64,000 nucleotides of DNA from an uncultured Holdemanella sp. (GCF_900754615.1 NZ_CAAEDN010000006.1); one strand, 5' to 3'. Shown: positions 1 through 10,186, counted from the stretch's first letter. The notes: a model not told the origin generated them from the sequence alone. A program made the numbers and translations.

Positions 1-907
1 CTTGTCCATATGGATCTTTCAAATATTGAGCTACATCCTGCAACAAAGCCACAAAACCACCATCAAAATACATACTGTATTTCTGTACAAAATCAGCTAA
101 TTCAAACAACGGATTCACTGCTCTTTGTGGATTTCGCGTCAATGCCGACTTACCCGTAAAAGTAAATGTAGCTTCATGGTCTTTAAATGCATTTTTTAAT
201 TCTGTACTCAAACCTTCAACCTTTTCACAATATACACAAACTTCAATTTGACTTGGAATCATATAATCTTGTTCAAAGCCACGAATTTCAACTACTGTAA
301 AAACACCATCCTCTTTTGGATAGGATGTTTCAAATGTCAAAATCCCCTTTTCCCCATTCACAATTGGAAAGTTTCCATCCGGAGAATATCCCATCAATGG
401 TTGTTTATGTGTTTTAAAATAATGCTTCATACAATTCCAAGTCGTTTCTTCCGCACCACCCGCAATTACTTTTACAGGCCTTTTAAATGTGCATCCTATA
501 TCTCTTAGAATTCGTACTGCATATAAGTTAATCAATAATGGCCCCTTATCATCATTCACACCACGACCATATAAAATGCCATCCTTTACAGTCAACTTAT
601 AAGGATCATATTCCCAGTCTTCTTTATTATGTGCATCAATAATATCTAGATGTCCTAAAACACCTACATAGTCTTCTCCATCTAAATAATTAGCGCTGAT
701 CGCATATCCATCATCCTGTTCTACTTCAAATCCCAAGCGTTTGGCAATATCTTCATAGGCCTCAAAAGCACGGGCAACCCCTTGCCCAAATGGTTTTTTA
801 TCCACAGGATTCGTTTCATCACTCACACTTGGAATACGAACCAATGTATCTAAGTCTTTTAATAGATCCTCTTGATATTTATTAATATAAAAACTATATT
901 TTGACAT
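1..907 (-). CDS. M20/Sapep-family Mn2+-dependent dipeptidase (PepV-like), runs off the left edge
   Basis: Manual translation from ATG at 907 (SD AGGAG 913-917) gives GHLDII, GILYGRGVNDDKGP, GGAEETT and YSPDGNFPIVNGEKG; absent from the ORF track because it is truncated by the window. Confidence 0.85.
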   Translation of the reverse strand, partial: MSKYSFYINKYQEDLLKDLDTLVRIPSVSDETNPVDKKPFGQGVARAFEAYEDIAKRLGFEVEQDDGYAISANYLDGEDYVGVLGHLDIIDAHNKEDWEYDPYKLTVKDGILYGRGVNDDKGPLLINLYAVRILRDIGCTFKRPVKVIAGGAEETTWNCMKHYFKTHKQPLMGYSPDGNFPIVNGEKGILTFETSYPKEDGVFTVVEIRGFEQDYMIPSQIEVCVYCEKVEGLSTELKNAFKDHEATFTFTGKSALTRNPQRAVNPLFELADFVQKYSMYFDGGFVALLQDVAQYLKDPYGQ

Positions 908-926
908 CTCTTCTCCTTTTAAAACA

Positions 927-948
927 AAAAGAGGACTAAGCCTCTTTT
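927..948 (-). terminator. Intrinsic terminator-like hairpin after yitT
   Basis: AAAAGAGG / CCTCTTTT inverted repeat followed by a T-run on the minus strand. Confidence 0.5.
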
Positions 949-1586
949 ACTGTTAATTTCTTATTAGTGCACCATGTGATAACTCTATTAATTACCAATA
1001 GACTAACCAAGCTAAAAATAGCAACAAAAAGCTCTCCACTAATAAAACCTGATAATATTACAACGATGCCATCTAATGCGAATAAAATATTTTGTACTTT
1101 GATTTTCTTCAAAAAATGATGAATCAATAAAGCAATAACATCCGTTCCACCAGTCGCACCCTCATGATTTAATGCCAATCCGACAGCCATACCAACAAGG
1201 ATTCCTCCTAGAATGGCTCCTAAGAATAATCCACCTATATTTCCTAAAACGGGAATTGATTCAAAAATATCAATTTTAGGAATAACAGCCATCATTAATG
1301 GATTCATAAAAATCACAAATATTGTTTTAACCCCAAACGATTTTCCAAGCACTAAAAATGAAAGTAATAATAATGGAATAGAAATGCATAAAGTCATCGT
1401 CGAAACTGAAATACCGGTTACGGTTGATAAAATGATTGCCATTCCAGTAATTCCTCCTGGAGCTAAGCCTGTAAAAATAAAGATCCAATTCACGGCTAAT
1501 GCACAAAGAATACTTGAAACAGACAACCAAATTAAATCATACAAAAATGATTTTAATGATTGCTTAGATTGAGTTGTACTCATCAA
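936..1586 (-). CDS. YitT-family membrane protein
   Basis: GLAPGGITG and GATGGTDVIA motifs; several TM segments. Confidence 0.85.
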   Translation of the reverse strand: MMSTTQSKQSLKSFLYDLIWLSVSSILCALAVNWIFIFTGLAPGGITGMAIILSTVTGISVSTMTLCISIPLLLLSFLVLGKSFGVKTIFVIFMNPLMMAVIPKIDIFESIPVLGNIGGLFLGAILGGILVGMAVGLALNHEGATGGTDVIALLIHHFLKKIKVQNILFALDGIVVILSGFISGELFVAIFSLVSLLVINRVITWCTNKKLTVKEA

Positions 1587-1592
1587 TCCATC

Positions 1593-2309
1593 TTACTCCA
1601 ATCCAAATTTTTCTGCAGCTTCATCAATTGCCTTACGACATTTTTGAACACCAGCAGTAATTCCATCTGGATCTTTGAATACTCCACTTGATAATACGAT
1701 AACGTCTGGATTGCATTCGATCAATGGTTCCATATTATTTGCTCTTAAACCACCATCAATTGCCAATTCACACTTAGGATTCTTTTCATCGATCATTTTT
1801 CTAGCGCGTTTTAATAAATCGATTACACTACGACGCCATCCCCAGTTATCGTGACCATCTGTTTCATCTACACCATGCGTAACGATGTGTAAACGATCAA
1901 TATCATAAATAGATTCTTCAACGAATGAAAGAGGAGTATAGCATCCAATAGTTAAACCAACTTTAATTTTTCTTTCACGGCACCAGTTGATGATATAGGC
2001 CAATTGTGCTCCAATAAAGTGTTCAGCAGGGATAATTAACATATTTGCTCCTGCATCATAAATTTGATCAATAAACATGATATCCATGCTTTCTGTATAG
2101 ATATGGCATTCAATTGGTTTATCTGTATAATCTCTCATACCTTTAATGACTTGCCATCCTCCCATAAGCTTCATGTTTCTTAAATCATGCATATCCGCTG
2201 CATCTGAGTGAATGTAATCTGCTCCTGCATCCGAAGCTTCTTTAACGATATCTGCAATGTGGCCATAGTCAACGTGTGCTAAACCAGCTGCAATTTTAAT
2301 GTGTTTCAT
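1593..2309 (-). CDS. Divergent ribulose-phosphate 3-epimerase-family protein
   Basis: GADYIHSD, IECHIY, AIDGG and SGVFK TIM-barrel motifs; SD GGAGG upstream. Confidence 0.8.
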   Translation of the reverse strand: MKHIKIAAGLAHVDYGHIADIVKEASDAGADYIHSDAADMHDLRNMKLMGGWQVIKGMRDYTDKPIECHIYTESMDIMFIDQIYDAGANMLIIPAEHFIGAQLAYIINWCRERKIKVGLTIGCYTPLSFVEESIYDIDRLHIVTHGVDETDGHDNWGWRRSVIDLLKRARKMIDEKNPKCELAIDGGLRANNMEPLIECNPDVIVLSSGVFKDPDGITAGVQKCRKAIDEAAEKFGLE

Positions 2310-2460
2310 ATTTGTCCTCCTCTAATCTCTTATTGCGAACAAATTATATCGAATGATTTATGAAAAATAAACAAAGCTATTCGTCTATATATGACCACAA
2401 CAATACGGTAATACATAAACAGAATTTCATTTGTTTCTATTTTTTTTATTCAATATAAAA

Positions 2461-2495
2461 TAAAAAGTTCGAATCCAATGATCCAAACTTTTTTA
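2461..2495 (-). terminator. Terminator-like hairpin
   Basis: TAAAAAGTT...AACTTTTTTA inverted repeat. Confidence 0.5.
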
Positions 2496-2496
2496 C

Positions 2497-2600
2497 TTAT
2501 TCAACAATTTCTTTGATTTTTTTTCAATATGCTTTGCATCCAAACCATAATAATCTAATAGATCTTTCGATTTTCCACTTCTTCCAAACGTATCAATTCT
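2497..2600 (-). pseudogene. Remnant of a transketolase-family C-terminus
   Basis: Minus strand reads IDTFGRSGKSKDLLDYYGLDAKHIE, then a 1-nt frameshift in an A-run, then KIKEIVE-stop; resembles the D-x-FG-x-SG...LL..YGL motif; no start codon. Confidence 0.65.
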
Positions 2601-2623
2601 TCTTCATTCTGCCTTGCATACAT

Positions 2624-4489
2624 CTAAACTACTTTGATACATACTCTCTTGCCAGAAAATGCAATTCCAAATTTTAATACTTTATGAATTCCTTCATCCC
2701 TCATTCCAGAATCATACTTCTTTCTATCTATCTGACTTACAGCCTCATTCGCTAAAACCGCCAAATTTTCTTCACTCAATCCTTTTTTCCATTTCAATTC
2801 CATAATTATTCCAGGATACCTATCATCTCTGGGCGTTAAGGCAATGTCAAATCTTCCATTTCCAGATTCTCTATTTGATTTAATTTTGTACTGAGTATCC
2901 ATCGTTGCAATCAAACCTAGTATTAAACCATGATAAAATGATTCCCCAACTGTATCATAGAAACTAATCGCTTTATCCATATATTCTTCAATCGCATTTT
3001 CCAACTTTACACAATCATTCATAAACAAGCTTTCTGCTATTCTATTCGCAGTCGTTCTTGACATTGCACCAATCTGAATTAAGTGAGATAAAACCTCATT
3101 TTTATATACAGATGCAATCTCTTTATTCGGAATAGACACTTGACACAAATAAGATCCATCCGCCTGTAATTTTTTAATAGTTGTTTTCAAATAACCTGCC
3201 ACCAATAATAAACTATAAATATTACCCGGATCATCCGTAAGTGAACGGTATACAACATTTTGATCAATTCTAGCCAAAACTTCATCCCCAAGAATTAGAG
3301 AATAAAGTTTTTCTGTAATACCCTCATCCGCAACTTTTAAAACATCTTCGAGAATCTCGTTTTTTCCCGTATTCGCCCAATACGCCTGCGGAATACACCC
3401 CTTAGAAACATAATTGATTACAGACCACGGATTATATATCTCTTCATTTCCAAACAAATATCCATCATACCATTCCTTAAGCTCGCTCTCTTTTTCCAAA
3501 ACTCCATAATAATTTAACATTTCGCTTACTTCTTCATTCGTAAATCCAAAATAACTATCATACGCATCATCCATCACTGAATTCACGGTTAAATTATTTA
3601 ATCCACTAAAGATACTTTCTTGAGCTATTCTTAAAATCCCTGTTAAAAAGCCATAAGAAAGATTTTTATTATCTTTAAAAGCACCGGAAAAGAAATTTCT
3701 CATAAAACCAATAATTTCATCATAGAAATCCTTAGAATAACCTTCCTGTATCGGAGTATCATATTCATCAACAATAATGATTGGAGCTTTATCATAATGT
3801 GATGAAAGCATTTTAGATAACTTTTCAAGTGAAGAAGACAATTCCACGTCACTTTCTGTTGCACTTAATACTTTATTAAAATATTCCTTCTCATAATCTG
3901 AAATTTTATCACTGCTTAACAATTCTTGATGCCTTCCATACTCTTCTTGAAGGAGCGATTTTATTTTTTCAACAGTATCCTGCCAAGAATTGAATTTAAC
4001 ATCCTTAAAAGTAAGAAATATCACAGGATACTTGCCTTGATGCATTCGATAAATTTCCCCACACTTCCAAATAGCCTTGTCTTTAAAATACTTAGACGTA
4101 TCCTCATCTGTCTTTTCAAAATACACTCTTAGCATATCCATATTCAATGTTTTTCCAAATCTTCTTGGCCTAGTGAATAATGAGACCAATGGCTTTTGAT
4201 CTAAAAATTCCTTGATCAACATCGTTTTATCTACATAATAATAATCCGATTGAGCACGAACATAATCCGAAATACCAATTGGCAAAGGTTTTCTATCTGG
4301 ATTCATCCTTTTTTTACAGTATTCACCAGACGAAATTCTTCCATCCTCCGGTTTTATTACATCATCTGGAATCTCCCAATTTTTTCCATTCTTTACAGCA
4401 CCTGGAATTCGCCCCGACTGACATAAATTTGAAACAGCACGAACACTAACATTCCAAATCGAAGCCATTTCTTTGCATGTTTTCATCAT
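2624..4489 (-). CDS. N-terminal HTH + AAA-ATPase-like + C-terminal PD-(D/E)XK nuclease (DUF1703/PDDEXK_9-type)
   Basis: HTH 'WNVSVRAVSNLCQSGRIPGA'; LPIGISDY, RPRRFGKT (Walker A), IIVDEYD (Walker B), SNRESGNGRFDI...IMELK. Confidence 0.88.
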   Translation of the reverse strand: MMKTCKEMASIWNVSVRAVSNLCQSGRIPGAVKNGKNWEIPDDVIKPEDGRISSGEYCKKRMNPDRKPLPIGISDYVRAQSDYYYVDKTMLIKEFLDQKPLVSLFTRPRRFGKTLNMDMLRVYFEKTDEDTSKYFKDKAIWKCGEIYRMHQGKYPVIFLTFKDVKFNSWQDTVEKIKSLLQEEYGRHQELLSSDKISDYEKEYFNKVLSATESDVELSSSLEKLSKMLSSHYDKAPIIIVDEYDTPIQEGYSKDFYDEIIGFMRNFFSGAFKDNKNLSYGFLTGILRIAQESIFSGLNNLTVNSVMDDAYDSYFGFTNEEVSEMLNYYGVLEKESELKEWYDGYLFGNEEIYNPWSVINYVSKGCIPQAYWANTGKNEILEDVLKVADEGITEKLYSLILGDEVLARIDQNVVYRSLTDDPGNIYSLLLVAGYLKTTIKKLQADGSYLCQVSIPNKEIASVYKNEVLSHLIQIGAMSRTTANRIAESLFMNDCVKLENAIEEYMDKAISFYDTVGESFYHGLILGLIATMDTQYKIKSNRESGNGRFDIALTPRDDRYPGIIMELKWKKGLSEENLAVLANEAVSQIDRKKYDSGMRDEGIHKVLKFGIAFSGKRVCIKVV

Positions 4490-4519
4490 TCACACCACCA
4501 ATCTTACTTTTATTATACT

Positions 4520-4590
4520 TATTATTCGGAAATAAATCTATTTTTTCGGTATATTATTCGGAATAATATCATTTTATAATGACATTATTC
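4520..4590. promoter_or_regulatory. Operator-like palindrome and repeats upstream of the HTH-AAA gene
   Basis: Perfect ATATTATTC-G-GAATAATAT at 4551-4569; TATTATTCGGA at 4520 and 4552; ATTATTC again at 4584. Confidence 0.55.
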
Positions 4591-4634
4591 TTCAAAAAAA
4601 GAGTAGAACGAATCCTACTCTATACATAGTTGGC

Positions 4635-5315
4635 TTAGAATAATAATTGTAATCCCATTACGATGACCCACATATAAGCACAAGTCTTAGGAATCATTAA
4701 TAAACCAACCATTGGTTTTGTCTTAGACCACAATGTAACGGGGATGTAGCAACCAAATGAAATGATGATTGCAGCCACCATACGACTCAAGTGTAAATCA
4801 TACATGTTTTCTGAAATCGCATATAGAATAATAACACCAATTCCTGTTACGGCAAATACGGCATTACGAATAATAGACAACTTCATATTTCCTTCTTCTG
4901 AAGTCCAGTTGTTTTGAGGCAAGAAACATACCACAATACGAATAATCGCAGATACCCAGATCATTGCTTCCACCCAAACTGGTGCAGTCAATGTTGGAAA
5001 TGTGAATTTCCAGATAAACAATAATATAATATAGAAGACTGTCATTGTGATAGAAGATACCTGCAATCCTATTCCCAATTGTCTTTTAATCTTATCATTT
5101 GTTCCATAAACAGCTCTTTTAATACGAGGCACCAAGTGGAATGCATCTCCACCACACAAAGTTAAAGTTAATACTCCATATAATATAAACAATGGATTTC
5201 CTTTCGAATATACAAAGAATAAGATTCCGGCAATTAAGTCAAAAATCAAGTAGCAAGCATCAAAAACAACTTCCATTAAATCTGGCATTTTTGGTTTATA
5301 GTTATTTTTGCTCAT
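4635..5315 (-). CDS. Multi-pass membrane protein of unknown function
   Basis: 226-aa ORF with about 7 hydrophobic segments and a GDAFHL motif; overlaps the marR stop. Confidence 0.75.
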   Translation of the reverse strand: MSKNNYKPKMPDLMEVVFDACYLIFDLIAGILFFVYSKGNPLFILYGVLTLTLCGGDAFHLVPRIKRAVYGTNDKIKRQLGIGLQVSSITMTVFYIILLFIWKFTFPTLTAPVWVEAMIWVSAIIRIVVCFLPQNNWTSEEGNMKLSIIRNAVFAVTGIGVIILYAISENMYDLHLSRMVAAIIISFGCYIPVTLWSKTKPMVGLLMIPKTCAYMWVIVMGLQLLF

Positions 5316-5736
5316 TTGAAATCATCCTTTCTGCATTGTTATATACCTTTTGGAATATATGCATAAACACTTTGATTTCTTCTTCACTAAGACCCTCAAA
5401 CATATCTTGGGCAAACTCTTTTTGTGCCCATTTTCCATCTTCTATTACTTCATTGGCCAATTGAAGCAAATGAATAGTGACACGCTTTTTATTTGTTGGA
5501 TCCACTCTTCTTTCAATCAAACCACGATTCTCTAAAACCTTTAGTGAAGTTGAAACATGAGATTTCGTAGATTTACGAATACGAACAATATCTGCCGCAG
5601 TATTGTATTCAGGATTGTTGTAAATAAACATCAATATATCATATTCCATCTGTCTTAATTGATATTTTTCACAAACCCCCGACATCTTCATCTCATAATA
5701 TCTTGTTATCGTTTTATGTTCATCCCAAAAGTGCAT
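5302..5736 (-). CDS. MarR-family transcriptional regulator
   Basis: wHTH 'KSHVSTSLKVLENRGLIERRVDPTNKKRVTIHL'. Confidence 0.9.
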   Translation of the reverse strand: MHFWDEHKTITRYYEMKMSGVCEKYQLRQMEYDILMFIYNNPEYNTAADIVRIRKSTKSHVSTSLKVLENRGLIERRVDPTNKKRVTIHLLQLANEVIEDGKWAQKEFAQDMFEGLSEEEIKVFMHIFQKVYNNAERMISNEQK

Positions 5737-5749
5737 ACACGTTCTCCTT

Positions 5750-5801
5750 ATTGTTCTATTTAGAACGATTACATTCTATAGTGCTCCACTAGGTTTGTCA
5801 A
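5750..5801 (-). promoter_or_regulatory. SigA promoter and probable MarR operator
   Basis: TTGACA (5796-5801)-17 bp-TAGAAT (5773-5778); imperfect palindrome ATTGTTCTA-TT-TAGAACGAT at 5750-5769. Confidence 0.65.
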
Positions 5802-5897
5802 CATGCAAACAATAAAGCATAACAATGATCAGGCAACTTTTCATTGACACGCTCCACAAAAAAGTAATACTCTTGATATAACGAAAGGAATTTGGTT

Positions 5898-8681
5898 ATG
5901 CAAAAATCAAAGCCTAGCTTACAAACAATCAAAAACATTTTCTATATATTAATGGTCGCAATTTTAGGATGGTTTCTTTGCATGCAACTATTTGGTGCCA
6001 ACGAACAAGACTATAATACGCAACCTGAATCAACGATCTATTCCGGTACATTTTATTGGAAAAAAGCGGATGGCTCGAAGCAAAAAATAGATATTCCTGG
6101 AACATATGATGTAAAGCCAGGACAGACGATGGTCATCACTACAACACTTCCTAAAAATTATGATGAAACCTCTCTAGCAATTCGTTCTTCTTTGCAGGAT
6201 GTTAAATTCTATATTGGAAATAAACTTCGTACACAATATTCTACAAAAAACACAAGAATGGCCGGTAAAAATTCAGCAAGCCGTTATATCTTCTGCCCTA
6301 CATCTTATAAGGATGCAGGTAAACAACTACGCATTGAATTAACAACCTACACCTCTAACTATTCAGGCATTGTCAATGAAGTGTATTGTGGAAATCAAGT
6401 GGATATCTGGCAATTCATATACAATCAATATGGTCTCTCTACTTATATTGCCATCTTTATATTATTTGCCGGCATCACATCCATTCTATTTGGGATTGCC
6501 CTAAGATTTGTCTATCACGCAAACTTTGATATGGAATACTTTGGATGGTGTATGGTCATGGAAGCTGTCTGGATGTTAGGAGAGTCCAAAATTCGCCAGA
6601 TTCTAGTTCCGAATGCATCCGCATTAGCTTCCTTATGCTTTGTGATGATTATGTTAAGTCCATTACCCATTCTGTTTTATGCAGACAACATTCAAAACGG
6701 CAAGCATCGTAAGCTTTATCAAACCATTGGATGCATCGTACTTATAAACTTTACACTCTGTTCCATTCTTTATTTAGCTAAAATCAAAGACTATATTGAA
6801 ACTCTCCCGATTGGGCAGCTTCTACTTTTCTTTGTATTTATAATGGTATTGGTCCATCTATGCCAATATATACATTCAAATGTTAAAAACTATACAGACT
6901 ACCTTTTGTTGATTGGACTATTTTTAGTTCTAATCTGCGTTGCGATTGAATCTGCATCTGTTTATTTTGTATCCATGGTTTCCGGCATCTTTATTGGTAT
7001 CGGCATGATTATATTGTTATTGACTAATATTGTACGTACAATTTATAAGATCCAACAAGTAGAAGAGGTTCGTCATCAGAAAGAACTTGAAAATGTTCAA
7101 AGACAAATCGAAAAAGTAACACTTCAAATGATGCAGACACTCTCTACAACAATTGAAGCAAAAGATGAATATACACGCGGCCACTCAAGGCGTGTTGCCC
7201 AATATGCTGCATTGATTGCTGAACATTTAGGTTGGACAAAGGATGAAGTGCAAAATATAAAAAACTGTGCTTATTTACACGATATCGGTAAAATTGGTAT
7301 TCCAGACCAGATTCTAAATAAGCCAGGAAACTTGACTGAAGAAGAAATTCATTTGATTCAGCAGCATCCTGTCATTGGTGCTGACATCTTAAAGGATGTC
7401 ACCATCATTCCACATTTAGTAAAAGTCACAAGAAGTCATCATGAAAACTATGATGGAACCGGTTATCCAGATGGACTAAAAGGAAAGGATATTCCGATTG
7501 AAGCTCGTATAATGACTATAGCCGATAGTTATGATGCCATGAATTCAAAAAGAATCTATCGCAATGCGCTAAGTTTCGAACAAATCCATCATGAAATCGA
7601 AAATAAGGCAGGCACTCAATTTGATCCTGACATTACAAAAATCTTCCTTAAACTTATGGATGACGGATCTTTATTTAGTTTAGAACATGAAACCATTCCA
7701 GCTCATGAAAACACAATCAATAAGTTTATATCCGATGTAGTAACAACTATAAAAGAACAAGAAGACACAAATCAACATGATTATCTAACAGGTCTTCCCG
7801 TACGTAATATAGGACAAAAACTCATTGCGAGTGCAATGCAAAATACGGATGGATGCCTTATCTTCTTAGATATGGATAACCTCAAGAAAATTAATGACAT
7901 CTATGGACATAAAGCAGGTGACAGAGCCTTAAAAAGTTTAGGAAATCTTTTGCTGCACCTGCCAACAAATAAAATTGCCTGCCGTATGGGAGGAGATGAA
8001 TTTCTTCTATTCTTGCCTGAAATTCGTTCTGAGCAAGCAGAAACGACTGTATCTAGCTTAATCCAGCAATTCCAAGAAATCGTACAAAGCGATAGTGAAA
8101 TTCATTTTGCAGCTCTTTCCGCAGGAATGTTGATGTGCACTACAAATGACACTTTTGCGGATGCCTATTCAAAAGTAGATAAAGCACTCTACTATGTTAA
8201 GCAAAATGGAAAGAACAACTATTCTTTCTACAATCAAATTCATTATGCGAATGCAACAACCCATATGCCAGACTTAAAACAAGTTGCCCAATCATTGCAT
8301 ACAAGTGGAAGCTATACTGGTGCTTTGAATTTAGAATATCGCGAATTCACACGACAATATGAATACATCCATCAATTGATGATTCGCAATCAATGGAACT
8401 GTTATCTTGTCATGATCACAATGGAAACTGTGCAAGATACATTGCCATACATAGAAGAAATCGAAGAAGCATTGAGCCATATGGACGAAGCCATCCGCAA
8501 CAACATACGTAAAGTGGATGTCTGTACACGCTACAGTGCTATGCAGTATCTAATTATTCTATCCCAGCCTATGGAAACACAAATTCCAAACATTATGGCA
8601 CGCATCTTTATGCAGTATTATAAACTACAAGATAGCCAGCACTTTGCACCTACATATGAATATATTGTAATGAAAGATTAA
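5898..8681 (+). CDS. Membrane sensor with HD-GYP phosphodiesterase and GGDEF diguanylate cyclase domains
   Basis: Extracellular domain plus multiple TMs; HSRRVA, LHDIGKIG, HHENYDGTGYP; FLDMDNLKKIND, RMGGDEF. Confidence 0.88.
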   Translation: MQKSKPSLQTIKNIFYILMVAILGWFLCMQLFGANEQDYNTQPESTIYSGTFYWKKADGSKQKIDIPGTYDVKPGQTMVITTTLPKNYDETSLAIRSSLQDVKFYIGNKLRTQYSTKNTRMAGKNSASRYIFCPTSYKDAGKQLRIELTTYTSNYSGIVNEVYCGNQVDIWQFIYNQYGLSTYIAIFILFAGITSILFGIALRFVYHANFDMEYFGWCMVMEAVWMLGESKIRQILVPNASALASLCFVMIMLSPLPILFYADNIQNGKHRKLYQTIGCIVLINFTLCSILYLAKIKDYIETLPIGQLLLFFVFIMVLVHLCQYIHSNVKNYTDYLLLIGLFLVLICVAIESASVYFVSMVSGIFIGIGMIILLLTNIVRTIYKIQQVEEVRHQKELENVQRQIEKVTLQMMQTLSTTIEAKDEYTRGHSRRVAQYAALIAEHLGWTKDEVQNIKNCAYLHDIGKIGIPDQILNKPGNLTEEEIHLIQQHPVIGADILKDVTIIPHLVKVTRSHHENYDGTGYPDGLKGKDIPIEARIMTIADSYDAMNSKRIYRNALSFEQIHHEIENKAGTQFDPDITKIFLKLMDDGSLFSLEHETIPAHENTINKFISDVVTTIKEQEDTNQHDYLTGLPVRNIGQKLIASAMQNTDGCLIFLDMDNLKKINDIYGHKAGDRALKSLGNLLLHLPTNKIACRMGGDEFLLFLPEIRSEQAETTVSSLIQQFQEIVQSDSEIHFAALSAGMLMCTTNDTFADAYSKVDKALYYVKQNGKNNYSFYNQIHYANATTHMPDLKQVAQSLHTSGSYTGALNLEYREFTRQYEYIHQLMIRNQWNCYLVMITMETVQDTLPYIEEIEEALSHMDEAIRNNIRKVDVCTRYSAMQYLIILSQPMETQIPNIMARIFMQYYKLQDSQHFAPTYEYIVMKD

Positions 8682-8710
8682 AGAAGATTGACCAAGCATC
8701 AATCTTCTTT
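8680..8710. terminator. Bidirectional terminator
   Basis: AAAGAAGATTGA / TCAATCTTCTTT between convergent genes. Confidence 0.75.
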
Positions 8711-8716
8711 TCTTCC

Positions 8717-10186
8717 TTATTCTCCCAGTTCATCCAACATATCATCTACACCATCACGATAGCTTTCATCATTATCGTAACGATTCTCATCATAATCACC
8801 AGAATACGCATCATCACTTCCTTCATCATAGGATGAAGACGAAGAAGATGATGATGAGCTTGAACTTTGCCCCTCTTTCTTTTTACGTTTTTCTTCCCTC
8901 GCCTTAAACTCATTCTGTTCGGCACGACGCCTACTCTCAATACGATACTGCTCCTGTGCAGCTTCCCACTCTGCCTCTTCCTTTTTCAAAGACATATAAC
9001 CATATCCAAATAGAAGTCCAATTATAATCAAGAAAACAATTCCACCCTTACCACTTGATGTCTTCTCCTGTTTAATAGCTACAGAAGATCTACTTTGATT
9101 TGCCTTTCTAGTAGATTGACTCACATGTTCACTACGAATCTTTTGGGATTGTACTTTAACCATTTTAGAGGGCTCAACCACCATTTTATTATGTATATCA
9201 AGTAATCTTCTAAATATAAAATGAGCTAACCAATTAATAAAAGCATCCTCAAATTCAATACTCATACATGTTAATACACTAAGAAACTCAAGCACAGCTT
9301 CATCGATTAATGATGAATCGAAACAAGGATTTTCACGTAACATTATACGAATTTCATCCTCAGATTTACCATCATAATTACGAATTAGTTCATCATCACT
9401 CATATCCATTATTTTCTTAACGCCATTGCCTACAATCTTCTTACGAGTTTCTATATCCAATTTATTAGATTTCCTTCTTTCTGTTTTTGTAGGTATCTTA
9501 GACACTTTTGGTAACTTTGTTTCCTTCTTCTCAAAAACAGGTACATCCATACCATACTGCTGCATTACATCTATTAATTCTTTAGTCAATAACCCCTTCT
9601 TGTCTGCTTCAATATAAATCTCTTCATATATCGGACAAAGACTACAAACTTCTATAAACTTATCTTCCTTTAATAAAGAATCTACAGATTCCATAAAACC
9701 ATACGAACTATATTCCTTAATACACTCTTCACAAATAGCCGCATAGAAATGCCTTAAATAAACAGGCATAAATATAGAAGTATAGAAATCATTTTCTTCA
9801 CATTGTTTAGAAACAGCTTCAATATGTTTCTTTACCTTACTAGAATCTAAAATCATGCGATATAAAGTACTCGCCAAAGGATTGCACAATATACCGAAGT
9901 TTACATTTAAACAAGACTCGAACATCTTCTCTTTCACTAATTCAACTTCAACTTCCAATTGAGATGTACTTCCCTGCATCATAAGCACTTGAATCTTTTC
10001 TAGATTTGCTACATCACGACTTAAATTTGCGGTATTCATATTTGAAAAAGGTAGTTGAATATCCTTATATCCACCACAAACCAAATGATGTTCTACTTGA
10101 TTTACTAAATCAGAATACTTTTCTTTACACTCATTATAATATTCATACCAATCTAGAAATTCTTTTGAAATTATTATATTTTCCAT
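8717..10186 (-). CDS. Hypothetical protein with one C-proximal TM, a Ser-run and an acidic Y-D-rich tail
   Basis: 489-aa ORF overlapping the HNH gene stop by 13 nt. Confidence 0.7.
   Translation of the reverse strand: MENIIISKEFLDWYEYYNECKEKYSDLVNQVEHHLVCGGYKDIQLPFSNMNTANLSRDVANLEKIQVLMMQGSTSQLEVEVELVKEKMFESCLNVNFGILCNPLASTLYRMILDSSKVKKHIEAVSKQCEENDFYTSIFMPVYLRHFYAAICEECIKEYSSYGFMESVDSLLKEDKFIEVCSLCPIYEEIYIEADKKGLLTKELIDVMQQYGMDVPVFEKKETKLPKVSKIPTKTERRKSNKLDIETRKKIVGNGVKKIMDMSDDELIRNYDGKSEDEIRIMLRENPCFDSSLIDEAVLEFLSVLTCMSIEFEDAFINWLAHFIFRRLLDIHNKMVVEPSKMVKVQSQKIRSEHVSQSTRKANQSRSSVAIKQEKTSSGKGGIVFLIIIGLLFGYGYMSLKKEEAEWEAAQEQYRIESRRRAEQNEFKAREEKRKKKEGQSSSSSSSSSSSSYDEGSDDAYSGDYDENRYDNDESYRDGVDDMLDELGE

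Noticed and set aside
8833..8866. GAA/GAT-type microsatellite
   Set aside because: Encodes the poly-Ser linker with mixed codons; not a phase-variable tract
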